The notes under the pieces were generated by a model that was not told the DNA's origin, did no database searches, and worked only from the letters and a program-made list of their open reading frames with translations. The position numbers were made by a program, and so were the translations under genes. A DNA stretch of 64,000 bases. Origin: the human T2T-CHM13v2.0 reference genome, Homo sapiens. Location: the NCBI GenBank assembly GCA_009914755.4, contig CP068257.2, forward strand, positions 9,472,001-9,536,000, written 5' to 3'. Below, one piece after another: positions 61,901-64,000 of the stretch (within the stretch, counting starts at the first letter, position 1; each line of letters starts with the position of its first letter).

Positions 61901-62540
61901 TAAAATATGGCAAAAGAATTAAAGTTCTATAGTTTGACAAAGCTGTAAAGCGGATCAATCCTTTGACAGCTTAATGAATAAAGCATGCATGTAGTTGACA
62001 CTAATTCATTTAATAAACATTTGTAGAACATATATGTGTAAGAAACTGTGCAAAGGAGATGAATGGCACATTAAAACAAGAAGACAAGTTTCCAGATACT
62101 AAGGAGTTTATGTAACTGTAAGGTACATAAAACAATACAAATGAAAAGGCTAAAATAAATCAGAAAATGAAGGGAAGAAAACAAATATCCATATTAAGTA
62201 TACATAATATCTCAAATATTCTTTAAGATGTCTTAAATAGATTTTAATATTTAATCCTAGTGACAGGATAATCAGATTTATTACAGATGATATAATTGAG
62301 GCTAATACAAATCTGTTGACTTTAAATTTTCAAAGTCTTCCTGAATTATTTGACTGTATAATATTTTGGTAAACATAAATAAGTGGATACTAATGCATTG
62401 AAACAGAAACAGAATACTGTTCAAGAAATAGAAAAAAATGAAACAATAGAAAAGATCGAATTTGTAGTATGACTACAATTTAAGATTTAATAAAGACAAA
62501 AATAGAAACCAATATGTAGTTAGGAGGATAGAAAAAAGTA

Positions 62541-62873
62541 CAGTGGACCCTCCATATCCATAGGTTCTGCATGTGTGGATTCAACCACCCATGGAACAAA
62601 AATATTTGGAAAAACATTTATGAAAAAGTGAACACATATGGAATTCTGCCTTGTCATTATCCCCTAAAGAACACACTATAACTACCTACATAGCATTTAC
62701 ATTGTACTTGGTATCATAAGAAATCTAGAGATGATTTAAAGTATGTGACAGTGTGGATGTAGGTGTATAAAATACTATTATACATCATTTTATGGAAGGG
62801 TCTTGAGCATCTGTAGATTGTTTTGTCTGAGGGTTCCTAGAACCAGTACCCCACAAATACAGAGGAACAACTG
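62541..62873. mobile_element. Non-autonomous DNA transposon (MITE, ~333 bp, TcMar-Tigger-like) with imperfect terminal inverted repeats and TA target-site duplications.
   Basis: Left end: ta|cagtggaccctccatatccataggttctgc. Right end: ...ccacaaatacagaggaacaactg|ta. The reverse complement of the right end, cagttgttcctctgtatttgtgg, resembles the left end, and both resemble the Tigger2-type terminal repeat CAGTTGACCCTTGAACAACACGG. Confidence 0.5.
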
Positions 62874-64000
62874 TAATGAGTTCCTAGTAAACTAGGCTGA
62901 AGTATTATAACTGTACACAAAATAATTTAAGGCAGAATGATTAAATAATATATAGCAGTATGTATAAGAAGTGAAGATAATTGAAAATTAAATTGATAGG
63001 AAAGACATGACAAATGTAATGAAATCAATGGAAAAGTTAAAACTTTAGCAAGATGTACAAGCAAGGATTGGGTAGATTTCATCCGAAAGACATAATTTCT
63101 AATGACAAAGTACTTTAATAGTCTAGCCTAATATTTTATTGTATCTTAAAACTTCCCTCTGGCTCATTCTGGTCTGATCACACCAGCTTTCTTATGGCTT
63201 CTTTTATCTGCCAAGAATTATGCTCTGGTCTAATTGACCTCCCCAAATTTGTATATTAAAATTCTCACCACCAAGGTGATAATATTAAAAAATGGGCAAT
63301 TTGGTAGGTGACTAGATCATGGGAGTGGAGCCCTTATGAAAGGTGCCAGAGAGACACCTCCCTCTTCCACCATGTGAGGTTAGACTGAGAAATACATCTC
63401 TGTGGTTTATAAGCTGCTCAGTCTATGGCATTTTGTTATAGCAGCCCATGCTAATGAATACAGATGACCGTGTGTCTGCAGACCTTCCTAGGAAATTATT
63501 GAGTCCTTCATTGAATACTAAACTGTGAATACATGAGAGAAAATAACTGAAGCCTGGGGTAAAATGCCAACACAAAGTGTTTGAAGAACAATTCTCAAAG
63601 CTCAGAAAGCTCTGCAAATATTATTGTTGCCACAAACCAAAGTAGAAGACAGGGTAATATATGAGCTATTAGGTAGAATCTTTGGAAGAATCCTGCTTTT
63701 GTGATGGAACTCACTCATTCCTAAACCTAAAGCAACTCTACATCTTCTCTAAGAAAATTTTATAGCAATCTCTAAAAGCATCAAACTGATTCCAAATAAT
63801 TTAACTGTGTTTGAGAACAAAATACAAATATACAAAAGGAATTCAACAAAATCCGTCACATAACAATATAGAATTCACAATATCTGGTTTTGATGAACAT
63901 AATAATTAGTGTTGAAACATGTTAATTCAGGTGTTAAAAATATGCTTTATTTTTTCAAATAAGATGGGAAAATATGTATATTGTGAGAAAATAAAAATGG

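Overview
This window is primate (human-type) nuclear genomic DNA, not a prokaryotic or phage locus. Twelve Alu SINEs (several with clear target-site duplications), L1 LINE fragments and MaLR (THE1/MST) LTR retrotransposons cannot occur in a bacterial genome. Roughly 40% of the window is recognisable interspersed repeat, and the rest is AT-rich, ORF-poor sequence typical of a gene-poor intronic or intergenic region.

Recognisable content, left to right:
- An L1PA-type 3' end at 1-1229 (-) with a 290-aa open ORF2 C-terminal segment.
- A small Tigger-like MITE with TA duplications at 1356-1828.
- A first nested block at 3405-7745: the 3' half of a THE1/MST element (+) abutting an older L1 (-) that is 3'-truncated inside ORF1 and carries a young AluY plus a ~1.1 kb LTR-like insertion in its 5'UTR.
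- A large nested block at 14190-25880, in order:
  - L1 5'UTR/ORF1 (+) carrying an Alu whose tail has become a (CA)n microsatellite.
  - A THE1 3' LTR plus internal fragment (-).
  - An L1 ORF2 fragment (+) meeting, tail to tail, a long older L1 (-).
  - A ~285-bp tandem-repeat array in that L1's 5'UTR, split by a full-length THE1 (LTR-int-LTR) insertion.
- A near full-length Tigger1 DNA transposon at 29655-32329 with transposase remnants on the minus strand and a nested Alu.
- A second full-length MST/THE1 element at 44269-46665 with a 5-bp target-site duplication.
- Another L1PA 3' end at 57527-58323 (-) carrying a ~180-bp internal tandem duplication in its 3'UTR.
- Alus, microsatellites ((ATCT)n, (CA)n, (CAAA)n) and a second TA-flanked MITE (62541-62873) scattered throughout.

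I could not support any protein-coding gene, RNA gene, CRISPR array or operon-like system. Every ORF over ~100 aa in the six-frame track falls inside Alu, L1 or MaLR sequence. The most gene-like signal is one weak pair of splice-site-flanked open segments at 2295-2342 and 2963-3028. I found no undescribed biological system. The interesting material is transposon nesting, rearrangement junctions and microsatellite birth. Repeat subfamily names and all boundaries are from by-eye consensus recognition and are approximate, about +/-10-30 bp.
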